Shown here: one piece after another, positions 28,385 through 42,548 of the stretch
Position numbering within the stretch: the stretch's first letter is position 1
How the letters are laid out: each line of letters starts with the position of its first letter
NCBI GenBank assembly: GCA_951406725.2
Contig: OX597823.1
Location: 61,504,001 to 61,568,000, forward strand
Direction of reading: 5' to 3'
Length of the DNA: 64,000 nucleotides
DNA from: Octopus vulgaris
Taxonomy: Eukaryota
Made by a program: the position numbers and the translations under genes
The notes under the pieces: generated by a model
Seen by the model: only the letters and a program-made list of their open reading frames with translations
Databases searched by the model: none
What the model was told of the DNA's origin: nothing

Positions 28385-28596
28385 TAATCAAAATAAGCAA
28401 CAAGGATATCCAGAGGTAATGCAGTACGATCGTTTCATGCAACTCCATTTAATTGAACAATGCAATCATTACATCAATGTAAAATGTAGAGCAATCTTCA
28501 TTTTAAATTGATGTAATGATTGCCGTGTTCAATTATGTGGAGTTGCATGAAACGATCATACTGCAATACATCTGGATATTCTTGTTGATTATTTTG

Positions 28597-28600
<4 letters not shown>
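28385..28600. repeat. ~215-bp imperfect palindrome within (TA)n
   Basis: Left and right halves are reverse complements around ~28490. Confidence 0.85.
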
Positions 28601-28666
<66 letters not shown>

Positions 28667-28721
28667 CCGTTGGCGATTTTTTTCCTCCGTCTTCCTTTCT
28701 TTGGTTCTTTCCTGTTCCTAT

Positions 28722-28756
28722 GTTTCTGACGAAGGGTTCCGCTCGAAACGTTAAAC
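28722..28756 (+). ncRNA. Minimal type I hammerhead ribozyme-like motif in a TA-embedded repeat at 28663-28845
   Basis: GTTT-CTGACGA-A-GGGTTCCGCTC-GAAA-CG-TT-AAAC: stem I GTTT/AAAC, canonical core, palindromic ACGT helix III. Confidence 0.65.
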
Positions 28757-28839
28757 CATCCTTCTTTCCTTCTTTCCTGAGTGTCCAATAACACTATACA
28801 TATTCCACGTCCTCGCGTTGTTGTGTTTTCTCTTTGTGT

Positions 28840-28964
<125 letters not shown>

Positions 28965-29004
28965 CATACATATATATATGTATATATATATCTATACATA
29001 CATG

Positions 29005-29037
<33 letters not shown>

Positions 29038-29067
29038 TGCATATATACATATACATACATATATATA

Positions 29068-29107
<40 letters not shown>

Positions 29108-29111
29108 CATG

Positions 29112-29167
<56 letters not shown>

Positions 29168-29244
29168 TATGTTATACTTAACAGTGACTTCGAAGTTTTG
29201 GCCAGTTAAGCCATCATGAAACTGCAATGCATTGTAGTTAATAT

Positions 29245-29462
29245 TCTTTTCTACTCTAGACACAAGTCTCGACATTTTGGGGGAGGGAGGTGGGCCAGTT
29301 GATTAGATCGACCCCAGTACACAACTGGTACTTAATTTACCAACCCTGAAAGGATAATAGCCAAAGTTGACCTTGGTGGAATTTGAACTCAGAATGTAAA
29401 AACAGCTGAAATACTGCTAAGCATTTCACTTGGCATGCTAATGTTTCTACCAGCTCGCCGCC
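29245..29462 (-). mobile_element. SINE family B
   Basis: Reverse-complement match to 43712-43945. Confidence 0.8.
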
Positions 29463-29613
29463 ATCCTTTGAAGTCAATATTGGATTTATATACTCTCTGT
29501 AGAGTTAAGATTGTCCTTCAGTATTTGGATCTGAATGAAGTGGTAATTAGGTTTCAGTGTGTGTTGTTATCTATACATATATATGCATGTAGATATGTAT
29601 GTATATATACATA

Positions 29614-29677
<64 letters not shown>

Positions 29678-29849
29678 TATTGACAATTTGAAAAGTGAGG
29701 ATTACTCAGATGTAGCAATAGTATAACCTTTAAATCTATAATTATATACCACCTTTATGTAGTGGCGTATATATTTATATATCATCATCATCATCATTAT
29801 CGTTTAACATCCGTCTTCCATGCTAGCATAGTTGGGACTTGCTATGCGT

Positions 29850-31806
29850 ATCATCATCATCATCATCATTATCGTTTAACGTCCGTTTTCCACGCTAGCA
29901 CGGGTTGGACGGTTCGACCGGAGTCTGGGAAGCCAGGGGTTGCACCAGGCTCCAGTCTGATCTAGCAGTGTTTCTACAGCTGGATGCCCTTCCTAACGCC
30001 AACCACTCCAAGAGTGTAGTGGGTGCTTTTTACGTGCCACCTGCACAGGTGCCAGGGGGGTCTGGCATCGGCCACGATCGGTTGGTGCTTTTAACGTGCC
30101 ACCGGCACGGAAGCCAGCCAAGGCGGCGCTGGCATCGGCCATGTTCAGATGGTGCTTTTTATGTGCCACCAGCACAGAAGCCAGTCGAGGCGGTGCTGGC
30201 AATGGCCACATTCGGACAGTGCTTTTTATGTGCCACCGGCACAGGTATCGCAACTACTATTTCCATTGATATTTGTTTCGATGTTCATGTACATGCACTT
30301 GACTCAACAGGTCTCCTTAAGCACAGCGAGATGTTCTGGGACCCAAGGTAATTTTAATGGGCAGGGGCTATGCGGAACTGGTGCCAGAAGCATCCTGGGT
30401 CTTTGCAGTCACAGCACATCTCCAGAGATCTCAGTCCTTCGCCATTGCCTCAGTGAGGCCCAACGCTCTGAGGTCATGTTTGACTACCTCATCCCATGTC
30501 TTCCTGGGTCTACCTCTCCCCCTGATTCCTTCAACTGTTTGGGAGCGGCACTTCTTCACACATCTCTCCTCATCCATCCACAGTACATGACCATACCATC
30601 GCAAGCATCGCTCTTGCACACCACATCTCATGCTTCTTATGTCCAGCATTTCTCTCAGGGTGCTTACACTCTGTCTTGCATTCACACTGACATTACACCT
30701 CCAGCGGATCATGCTAGCTTCATTTCTTTCAAGTCTACGCATGTCCTCTGCAGTCACGGCCCATGTTTCACTACCGTGAAGCATGGCAGTTCGCACACAT
30801 GCATCATACAATCTACCTTTCACTCTGAGTGAGAGACCCTTTGTCGCCAGTAGGGGTAGGAGCTTTCTAAACTTTGCCCAGGCTATTCGTATTCTAGTGG
30901 TGACACTCTCTGAGCATCCACCTCCACTACTAACTTGGTCACCCAGATAGCGGAAACTATCAACTACTTCTAGTTTCTCCCCCTGGAGTGTGATGGAATC
31001 TGTTTTCTGAGTAGTTGTGGTGTCTGTTCTCCCTGTGCATCTGCCGCACATGAAAGCTATCTTATCAGTTAATTTCCCTTTAATGTTGCTGCACCTCTTA
31101 AGCGTCCATAGCTTACACTGGGTGCATCTTATGGAGTTTCTACCTACACCTTTCCTGCCCGATGGGGTGTGCGCTGAGTTCGCCTTTCTGCTTACTATAA
31201 CTTTGGTCTTTGCTACATTTACTCTAAGGCCCTTTGATTCTAACCCTTGTTTCCACACCCGAAATTTCTTTTCTAGTTCCGGTAGTGATTCTGCAATGAG
31301 AGCCAGGTCATCAGCATAGAGGAGCTCCCAGGGGCAACCTGTTTTGAATTCCTCTGTTATTGCCTGGAGGACTATGATGAATAAAAGGGGACTGAGGGCT
31401 GAGCCTTGGTGTACACCTACTTCTACCCGGAATTCTTCACTATATTCGTTGCCAATCCTAACCTTACTGACAGCCTCTTTGTATAGGGCCTGTACAGCCC
31501 TTATTAGCCATTCGTCAATCTCCAGTTTCCGCATCGACCACCAGATAAGGGATCGGGGGACCCTGTCAAAGGCTTTCTCCAAGTCCACAAAAGCTATGTA
31601 GAGGGGTTTATCTTTAGCTAGGTACTTCTCCTGCAGTTGTCGGACCAGGAATATAGCATCAGTGGTGCTTCTACCCGGCACAAAACCGAACTGCATCTCA
31701 TCTAAGCAAATTCTCTCCCTAATGTGACCTTCATCACCTGATCCAACAGTTGAATACCCCTGTAGTTATTTCTATCTAGAGCATCACTCTTACCCTTGTA
31801 GCAGTT

Positions 31807-31810
<4 letters not shown>
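29850..31810 (-). mobile_element. 5'-truncated RTE-clade LINE
   Basis: RT coding region, ~550-bp 3' UTR with tandem units, (GAT)n tail; 5' end abuts (TA)n. Confidence 0.93.
30431..31696 (-). pseudogene. Reverse transcriptase ORF remnant of the RTE LINE
   Basis: QFGFVPGRSTTDAIF, FVDLEKAFDRVPR, GVHQGSALSPLLF, YADD, FRYLG, RGRGRPRKTW; upstream coding (NNYRGIQLLDQVMKV) is out of frame; no endonuclease domain. Confidence 0.93.
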
Positions 31811-31883
<73 letters not shown>

Positions 31884-31884
31884 T

Positions 31885-31921
<37 letters not shown>

Positions 31922-32224
31922 CAGACAGATGGATAGATGGATGGATAGATAGATAGGGTGATACAAGCATAGACACACCACACAGAGGTGTGTATTTATG
32001 TGAGTATATAACTATCTACCATCTAGATAGGTTGATAGATAGAACTATATATGTAATGTACATGTACATAAATGTATATATATATATATGTATTTCTCTC
32101 TCTCTCTGTATATATATATGTATATATATATATAAATATTGTGGTGTCTGTTATAATATTGTAATAATATCATATATCATTTTTATTATCATCATCATCA
32201 TTATTATTATATATGTTGATGATG

Positions 32225-32523
32225 ATGATGATGATGTATAGCATATATGCATGTGTGCAAGCATGTATGGATGCGATGTATGGATTTTTTCAGAAGTTTT
32301 ACTGCTATTTGTTCTTCATGTATAGATATATTACTGCTCTGTATATCTGATGATTCTTTGAGTTCTCTTGATGCGAGATATATAATCTTCAGTTGTAAAT
32401 TTACAGGAGTGTTTTATACACCAAAAGAATATGCTTCAAGTTCTACACACACACATACACACATACATATGCATGCACATATGTATATATGTGTGTGTGT
32501 GTATGTATATATATGTTTGATTA

Positions 32524-32569
<46 letters not shown>

Positions 32570-32575
32570 TGATCA

Positions 32576-32617
<42 letters not shown>

Positions 32618-32770
32618 GGTAGGTATGATGATGATGTATAGCATATATGCATGTGTGCAAGCATGTATGGATGCGATATATGGATTTTTTCAGAAGTTTT
32701 ACTGCTATTCGTTCTTCATGTATAGATATATTACTGCTCTGAATATCTGATGATTCTTTGAGTTCTCTTT
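32225..32770. repeat. Direct duplication of a ~140-bp block
   Basis: GATGTATAGCATATATGCATGTGTGCAAGC...GAGTTCTCTT at ~32233-32369 and ~32633-32769. Confidence 0.9.
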
Positions 32771-32845
32771 GTATATACATCCAAAATCTAAGAAAAATTG
32801 TTTTAAATAGGTTCATATGTCTCTCTATCTGGGAGGGTGTATTTA

Positions 32846-32876
<31 letters not shown>

Positions 32877-32927
32877 TTATTATATATATATATGTATATA
32901 TTTATATATATATATATGTATATTTAT

Positions 32928-33002
<75 letters not shown>

Positions 33003-33393
33003 ACATGTATGTATATATATATATGTATGTATGTATATATATATATGCATATGTGTGTGTATATAAATATATATGTGGGTGTGTTTCTGAGTGCATTGCT
33101 GTAAGTTGATGTCTAAGAGTGTATCTATCTCTGTACATAGAGATGAACATACAAATGCATATAGCAAAGGACACTCACTCACACACACAATCTCAGGCAT
33201 TAAACATGGGCATATTTGAAATATAAGTTTTTATAACTATCAACTTATCTAAAAACAATGACTTGCACATGAACACACACAACAGATATATATATTCCCA
33301 TATGGTTTCAAAGCATTCTCAATTTAAATGCAAGTAAGCGGATGCATATGTGACGTATATGCATACATATACTCATATACATATACCTATAGT

Positions 33394-33425
<32 letters not shown>

Positions 33426-33500
33426 TACTTATACATATATACATATACAGACATATATACAAATCTGTGTGTGCGCGTCTAAGTGTATGTGTGTGTGTGA

Positions 33501-33620
<120 letters not shown>

Positions 33621-33639
33621 GTATGTGTCTATCATTTAT

Positions 33640-34011
33640 CAGTGCTGGTGCACTGTCTTGAAGAATTTTACTTTGAATGACTCGTCACCCCACCCTCACT
33701 TCCTTTTTATTTTCTAAGAGTGGTACTTATTCTATCAGTCTCTTTGGTTGAACCGGTAAGGTATGGGGATGTAAACACACCAGTTGGCAAGTGGAGGTGG
33801 GTGACAAGCACAGACACAAAGACACACACACACAGATATAAAGGACAGGTCTCTTTCAGTTTCTGTCTAACAAATCCACTCACAAGGCTTTGGATGGCTG
33901 GAAGCTATAGTAGAAGACACTTGCCCAAGATGCCACACAGTGGGACTGAACCTGCAACCATGTGGTTGGAAAGCAACCTTCTTACCACCCACCTATGCCT
34001 ATGTATGTATA

Positions 34012-34062
<51 letters not shown>

Positions 34063-34283
34063 GTGTGTGTATATGTTTGTGTGTCTATGTTTGTCCCCCA
34101 CCCAAAACATCGCTTGACAACCGATGGTTGTGTGTTTACATCTTTGTAGCTTAGTGGTTCAGCAAAATAGACTGATAGAATAAGTACGAGGCTTACAAAG
34201 GATAAGTGCTAGGGTTGATTTGCTCGACTAAAGGCGGTGCTCCAGCATGGCCGCAGTCAAATGACTGAAACAAGTAAAAGAGT
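33640..34283. mobile_element. SINE family A: minus copy (33640-33998) and plus 3' half (34075-34283)
   Basis: Matches to family A in opposite orientations. Confidence 0.82.
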
Positions 34284-34978
34284 ATATATTTGTGTGTATA
34301 TGTTTGTGTGTGTGTATTTGTGTACCCGTATATACACACGCATGCACACACACACACACATATAGGCATATATATATATACATATTTCTACCTTTATCAT
34401 ACCTCTCTATCTATTTACTATACTATACGCACACATGCGTTCACACATATTTGTATGTATGCACTTGCATAGAGAATGCTTGGAATTCATGTGTGAACAT
34501 GCATGTTTCTGTGTAAATGTGCATGTGCAAGTCTTTGTTTTTAGATAAGCTGGTATGTGTTTTGTATGTTTAGAACAAATGCGGCTTCAGAAATACAGCT
34601 ATAAAAACTGATATTTAAAATATACCCATGTTTAATGTATGAGATCGTGTGTGTTTGTGTGTACTTGTTCTTTACTATGTGTACATGTTCAATTCTATGC
34701 ACATTAGCAGATACATTCCTACACATCAATTTACAGAAATGCACTCAGAAGCACACACCCAGATGGAGTGACATATATATGGAGACAGGCAGACTGACAG
34801 ACAGGCAGGCAGGCAGGCAGAGAAACAGATATGAGAAATAAAAGAAGAAAAGAAGAAGAGAGGAAAAGAGTATATACTGTCGGGCATGGCTGGTAAGAGT
34901 CAGCTACTATAGTTTCAGGTTGACCAAGGCCATATGAGTAATTTTGGTAAAGTGAAACTGAAAGTAGACCACACACAC

Positions 34979-35039
<61 letters not shown>

Positions 35040-35387
35040 AATAATGAGGGAGATAAATTGAATATTAATTCAATTAATATCAATTTAAAACCAGTAGCCT
35101 AGCATACAAAAATCTGAAAAATCTGAAAAATCAGAGAAAATTCTAATACACATATATATACATATATATACATATAATGCATGTATATACATGTGTGTGC
35201 ATGTCTGTGTTTGTCCCTGACCACAGTGTTGCTGTGTTTATGTCCCCGTAACATAGCAGATTGGCAAAAGAGAAAAAAATTATTGGGGTTGATGTGTTCA
35301 TTAAAATTTCTTCAAGGCAGTGTCCCAGTATGGTTGAGTACAGTTGCAGTCTAATGACTGAAACAAATAGTATATATATAATGACAA

Positions 35388-35438
<51 letters not shown>

Positions 35439-35569
35439 TATACATAAGTATGTATATATTAGATAAAGACAGTTATGGCAAGTGTATGGAATTATACTGT
35501 ATTCAACAAGTAGCCTTGAGATCATGTTCCCCTCCACTTTGAACAGAGGTTATAGGCCACCGGTCATTA

Positions 35570-35628
35570 GGGTCTGAAGAAACACTGTAAAGCTAAGCGC
35601 TTTATGGATGTGAAACTCAGGGTAACCC
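35570..35628 (+). ncRNA. Type I hammerhead ribozyme with canonical core; predicted cleavage after GUA (35624)
   Basis: GGGT-CTGAAGA-A-ACACTGTAAAGC-TAAGC-GCTTTATGGATGT-GAAA-CT-CAG-GG-TA-ACCC: all three helices pair. Confidence 0.75.
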
Positions 35629-35979
35629 CATCGACAGCCATAACTATCTTTATCTAATTACTCTACTGCTCTATAACTTAGTGTGTGCTTCTCTTTCACA
35701 TTTATGATTTACTGAAGATAGATAGATAGATAGATAGATAGATATATAGATAGATAAATAGATAGATAGATAGATGTCAGAGCTCATACATATGTATGCA
35801 TCTGTTCATAAATACATGTCAGCATATATACAAGCCTAAATCTGAATCATTCATAAATATGTATTTGTGTGTTAGTATTTAAAAAGACAATCATACATAC
35901 ATACAAACATACATACATGCAAATGTGTGTGCATGTGTGTGTGTATAGGTATGCATATATATATACATATATATGCATT

Positions 35980-36014
<35 letters not shown>

Positions 36015-36099
36015 ACACATATATATACATATATACATATATATTATATATATATATATATATATAATAAATATATGTATATAATATATATGCATACAC

Positions 36100-36133
<34 letters not shown>

Positions 36134-36134
36134 G

Positions 36135-36171
<37 letters not shown>

Positions 36172-36307
36172 TATGCATATATATATATATACATATATAC
36201 ATATGCATATATATATATATATACACATACATGTATTTTACAAATCTAATGTATTTCCAAGAATGAGTGCATAAATATACATGCACACAGACTCACTCAT
36301 GCATAAA

Positions 36308-36366
<59 letters not shown>

Positions 36367-37449
36367 ATATATATATGACGTGTATTTCTCTAGTTGTACA
36401 TTTATGTGTGCGTATATATATATATATATAGATATATGTATACACATGCATATATAGACATACATATTATATAGGTTTATACATATTCACATGCACACAC
36501 ACATACACACACACATATATGTATATAGAAATGTTTATATACATATATATATGTATGTACACAAACGTATGTATGTACATATGCATGTATGCGTATATGT
36601 GTCTGTAGTAACCAAATATTATGCGGCAGACTGGGTCAGTTTAGTAAAAGTGACTATTTATTTCACCAAGCCCCCAAATGGTTCGTAATCAAAATATAAG
36701 ATGAGCATGTATGTCTTTTGTGATGTCCCAATATTATGGTGTAGATATCTGGCAGTTTATTTCTTTTGCTGGGCAAGTGGTGTGATCGTGTCTGTTAGTA
36801 TGGTTGTGCAAGTGATGCAATTATGCGTGGATTTGTGCGTCAGTGTGTTAGTGTGGGGTTATACACGGTGTTTGCGGGTTTACTAAGTATACCAAGATGA
36901 TATGATATCTCATTGACATGGTAGCATGGTTCTGCAAATGAATGGCTATGACTACTTCATACATTGTTTTCACTTGTCTGCTAGTGGGTTCTGGTGGTCG
37001 GTCGGTCGGTTGGTTGGTTTGGTTGCTGGTCGGCTGGTGCATAGCGATGTGATGGGTCCGTGTGTGGGTGCGCTAATAATTTGGGGGTGGGGGTTGGAGG
37101 CGGGTGGGGTCCGAGTGTGTCGGGGAGAAGTGTAGGTCAAATCTAAAGTTAGAAACACACAGCTTTGGTTATTGATTTAGGCCTTTCCTATATAGCTCTA
37201 CTTCATGGATTACTTTCTATAGATCTTTATGTCCGACTTGGTGCTACATACTAACACTGTGGATTTGAAACGTCTTCATAGATACATGCTGGTGCCTCTG
37301 TCTGGCTGTCTGGTTAGCTGGCCATTTGTTTGTCTGAGAGTCTATTTGTCTGTCTGTCTGTTTGTCTATCTGATAAATAGTTGGCTGGCTGGCTTGATGG
37401 TTGCATGGTTGTTGGGCTGTATGACTGCCTGGCTGTATGTATGAATGTA

Positions 37450-37482
<33 letters not shown>

Positions 37483-37484
37483 GC

Positions 37485-37521
<37 letters not shown>

Positions 37522-37531
37522 GATAGATGTG

Positions 37532-37566
<35 letters not shown>

Positions 37567-37845
37567 ATGTATATATGTATATATACATATATATGTATAT
37601 GTATGTATATGTGTATGTATGTATGTATGTATGTATGTATGTATGTATGATTGTCTATATATGTACATGAGTGTGTATGTTTGTGCATGTATGTATTTTT
37701 GAATGTATGAGGATATTGATCTATATACATATGCATATATCTATAAATGTGTATGTGTATATATATTCAAATGTATATATCTTTGTATATATGTATCTAC
37801 ATCTATATCCTTATCTCTCACTCTCTCTCTCTCTCTCTCTCCCTT

Positions 37846-37892
<47 letters not shown>

Positions 37893-37922
37893 GTGTGTGT
37901 GTGTGAATATATGTATGACAAA

Positions 37923-37958
<36 letters not shown>

Positions 37959-37959
37959 T

Positions 37960-38403
37960 TGTATGTCTGTGTTTGTCCCTGTAGCATTGCTTGACAACTG
38001 ATGCTGGTGTGTCTATATCCCCGTTACTTAGCGGTTCGGCAAAAAAGTACCGATAGAATAAGTACTGGGCTTACAAACGAATATGTCCCGGGGTCGAGTT
38101 ACTCGATTAAAGGCGGTGCTCCAGCATGGCCACAGTCAAATGACTAAAAGAGTAAAAGAGTAAAAGAGTATATATATATACATATTCGTTTTATTTGTTT
38201 CAGTTATTTGACTGTGGCCATGCTGAAGCACCGCCTTTAGTCAAACAAATCGACCCCAGGACTTATTCTTTGTAAGTCTAGTACTTATTCTATTGGTCTC
38301 TTTTGCCAAACTGCTAAGTTACAGGGATGTAAACACACTAACTTCGGTTGTCAAGTGATGGTGGGGCTACAAAAACACACACACACACACACACACATAT
38401 GTT

Positions 38404-38439
<36 letters not shown>

Positions 38440-38620
38440 TATTTATATTTTTATATATATATACGACAGGCTTCTTTCAGTTTCTGTTTCCTAAATCCAC
38501 TCACAAGGCTTTGGTTGGCCTGAGTCCATAGAAGAAGACACTTGCCCAAGGTGTCACACTTTGAGACTGATCCCAGAGCCATGTGGTTGGTAAGCAAGTT
38601 ACTTACAACACAGTTACTCC
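37960..38620. mobile_element. SINE family A pair, tail to tail (plus 3' half 37960-38169; minus full length 38188-38620)
   Basis: Matches to family A in opposite orientations. Confidence 0.88.
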
Positions 38621-39675
38621 TGTACCTATATGTGTCTATGTGTGTGTGTGCATATGTGTGTGTGAATCTATATGTACATATATATATATATATATATGCT
38701 TGCTTTTTGTTTGAATGTATGTGTGCTTGTGTGTGTGTGAGAGAGAGAGAGGGGGGAGAGAGTGTGTGTGCATATGTGTGTGTATGTGTGCATGTATATG
38801 TTTGTATGTTTGTATGCCTAAGTATCTTTGTAGTTTTTGAGAATGTATGTATGTGTATGTGTGTATTTTTTTTTCTTTCTGTACATATAAGTATTTTGAG
38901 AGCCTTCTGTGCCTGTGTGCGTTTAAATATATCTGTGTGTGTGTGTTAATTTATTTGTGTATGTGTACATAGATATCATTGTGTATTTGTGCATGTGTAT
39001 AAATATATCTGTGTGTGTGTTTTAATTTATTTTATGTATGTGTACATAGATATCATTGCGTATTTGTGCATGTGTATATGTGTATGTGTGTGTGTGCATG
39101 TGCGTGAGCTTGTGTGTGTGAGAGAGTGAGAAAGAATGCATGTGTGTTTGTGTGTGTGTACGCGCGCGTGATTACCTTTCAATATATGCATAAATTTGTG
39201 AGTGTACGTTTGTCTCTGCTTGTATATGTATCTGTATAGGTATCTTCGTATATTTATGTGTTTTGTAGCAAAATATTAATGCCGTTTTATGTATGTAATT
39301 GCGTGTTTTTCACTTTATATGCCACTCTATATTTTTCTGTTTATGAATGTGTGTGTGTGTGTATTTTACTTTATATGTGTGTGTGTGTGTGTTTTACTCT
39401 ATATGTGTTTGTGTGTGTGTGTGTGTGTGTCTTTCACTATATGTGTGTGTGAGTATGCACTTTTCCCCTATATGTGCATGTGTACTTTTTACTCCTTATG
39501 ATAGTATGTACATCTGTATGATGTGGTAGTGAGGTGATGGTGTTGTGTGTGTATGTGTGTGTGTGTTCCTCGTATATGTATGTGTGTATTTCACTCTGTG
39601 TGTATGTTTGTCTGTCCACTAGTGTGTGTGTGTTCATGTGTGTGTACATGTGTGTGTACAGGTATACATATATAT

Positions 39676-39723
<48 letters not shown>

Positions 39724-39974
39724 CATCATCATCATCATTGTTTAATGTCCACCTTCCATGCTAGCATATATGTAGGTATGTATATTTATATATCAGTTGG
39801 TGAAGTATGTGTGTATGTGTGTGTGTGTGTGTGTGTGTGCATGTACGTGTGTTTCTATATATGTGTATGAGTGTATGTATTTGTGTATGCGTGTGTACAC
39901 CTGTGTGTGTATGCTTAAATGTACGTATGTATGTGTGAACGCATATGTGAATGTGTGTCAATATGTGAATGTCT

Positions 39975-40022
<48 letters not shown>

Positions 40023-41393
40023 TTGTGTGTGTGCATATACACGTTTGTGTCTTTTGTGCGTGCATCTTTGACCGTGGCTAAGAGTATGTGAATTCGTGTG
40101 TCAATTTGCATCTATATCTACATGTGTTTATATGTGTGTATGCATGTAGGTTCACGTGAGCTCAAAAGTATACATCTGTGTGTGTGTGTGTTTGTGTGTG
40201 CGTATGTGTGTGTGTATGTGTGTGTGTATGTGTGTGTGCGTGTGACTTTCTGTGGCTATCTATGACTTAGTGAATTTATACGGCTATTTTTGGCTACGTG
40301 TGATCACGTGTATATTTATTTGTCTGCATGTATGCATGCATTTACGTATATACGTATGGGCGAGCGTGTGTACATGAGTGTACAGCTGTGGCTGTATGTA
40401 TATTACATGCATACAGAGGCATATCCCATTAGTTATTCATGTGCTTTTATATGGAGCAAGGCAGAGGTAGGGGAGAGGTTTTTATTCAAAGATATTTGCA
40501 CCATTATACCGATGTCATCCATTATAAAATTCTTGCCTGACCTAATTGTTAGTGCTTTTATTTGTCGACAGTATTGAACTGAAAAGTGCAAAGCTATAAA
40601 TGTAGAATTCATGGTAGGAAGAAGCTGGTGGTTGGAAGGATCATCCCTTTGAGGATATAAGTTTGAGTCATAATAATAATAATAATAATAATAATACTGA
40701 TAATAATAATAATAATAATAATAAAAAAGTAAAAATAAAACGAAATAAAAAGATGTGATGACTGAAGAATTGGTCTTGAGTACTGGTCACGGCGTCGGTG
40801 TCGTCAGCAATGAAGGTTTCTGGCAACTTGTCTTTGTTGTTGGAACAATATGCTGTGAATATTGTATTTTGATTGGAGCGTAAATATAGGAAAGGTATTT
40901 CAAGACAGTTGATTAGAGGTGAAATGTTTTGGTCTTGTACAGGGTTGGTAGGTGTTGGATTCAGAAAAACTGGAAGGAAAAGAAAATACACACACACACA
41001 CACACACACACATATGTATGTATATATATGTATAAATTATAAAAATAAAATATATAAAAGAGGCATTTCCAATATATCTATGAATCAATCAATACATCTA
41101 TCATTGGAACATAATTTGTAAGTTCTTTCACAAATGCAAATGGTACAAAACAAGACTCTTTGAAACTAATTAATACCATAATATTAACCATACATATCAT
41201 ACACCATATACTATATTGAAATCTAATTTTCATGGTGTGGCTATCCAGTCTTTTGAAACAAGTTGTAGAGTTCTATAACTTCATTTATTCCATCAATTTT
41301 CACAAATGTATATACGAATATGTTTTCATGGATATATGTATGTGTGTGTGTGTGTGTATGTATATATACATGTATGTATATATATGTATATGC

Positions 41394-41439
<46 letters not shown>

Positions 41440-42154
41440 GCACACACATATATATATATATGCATATGCATATATTAATGTATGGTTTGTATGTGTGTGT
41501 ATATATAAATATATGTATGTATGCATGTATATGTTTACATACATATATATATATTTTATATATATATATGTATAGTATATATATATATATACAGATATAT
41601 ATATATATACATTTGCATATATATATATGTATATATATACATGTGTGTATGTATATGTATATATGTATTCGACACATGCTACTAATACACTTCTATATTA
41701 GAATCTATTTGGAACTTATAAACTTCAGTACACCGTTATTTAAACCCATGATTGATATTTTATATTCCAGTGTGCATTGTGTGCGCATGTGTGTGTGTGC
41801 ATATGCATGTGTAGCTCTAAACTCAACAGTAGTGGTCATACATCTATTTGCACACACGAGACATACTATGTGTATGTGTGTGCGTTCGTGTGAGAGTGTA
41901 AATTTTTGAGTCTATGTTGGATACGAAATACTCAACATGAACTCCTAGTTATCTGCATTTTAAGACTGGACTGCAAATTTTAAAAAAATCTGCCGGTGCA
42001 GGAATTCCATGTGCTTACCACTGGTTTAATCCACATGTAGGAATTGCCGAGAGAAACTTATAAGCCAAGAAAGAAGTCAAAGAGTCAATGTATTGTTCTG
42101 TTTTAAACCACATTGCAAATATATGATTATGCATCGCAAACTATACAACATAGA

Positions 42155-42546
42155 CACAGGCATGGTTATGTGGTAAGAAGCTTGCTTCCCAACCACATGG
42201 TTCTAGGTTCAATGCCATTGGGCGAGTGTCTTCTACTACAGCCTTGAGCCAACCAAAGCCTGGTGAGTGGATTTGGTAGATAGTAGATGGAATCTGAAAG
42301 AAGCCCATCGTGTATATGTATATATGTTTATATGTGTGTACCTTTGTACCTGTATTTATCTCCCCACCACAATCATGTGACAACCGATGTTGGTGTGTTT
42401 ATGTCCCCGAAACTTAGCAGTTCAGCAAAAGAGACCAATAGAATAAGTACTTGGCTTACAAAGAATAAGTCCTGGGGTTGATTTCTTTGATTAAAAGTGA
42501 TGCTCCAACATGACTGCAGTGAAATGACTGAAACATGTAAAAGAGT
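42155..42546 (+). mobile_element. SINE family A, full length
   Basis: Match to family A. Confidence 0.88.
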
Positions 42547-42548
42547 AA

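Noticed and set aside
37133-37184. Imperfect hairpin containing CTTTGGTTAT (miR-9-like seed)
   Set aside because: The remainder does not match miR-9, and the stem is short with a large bulge
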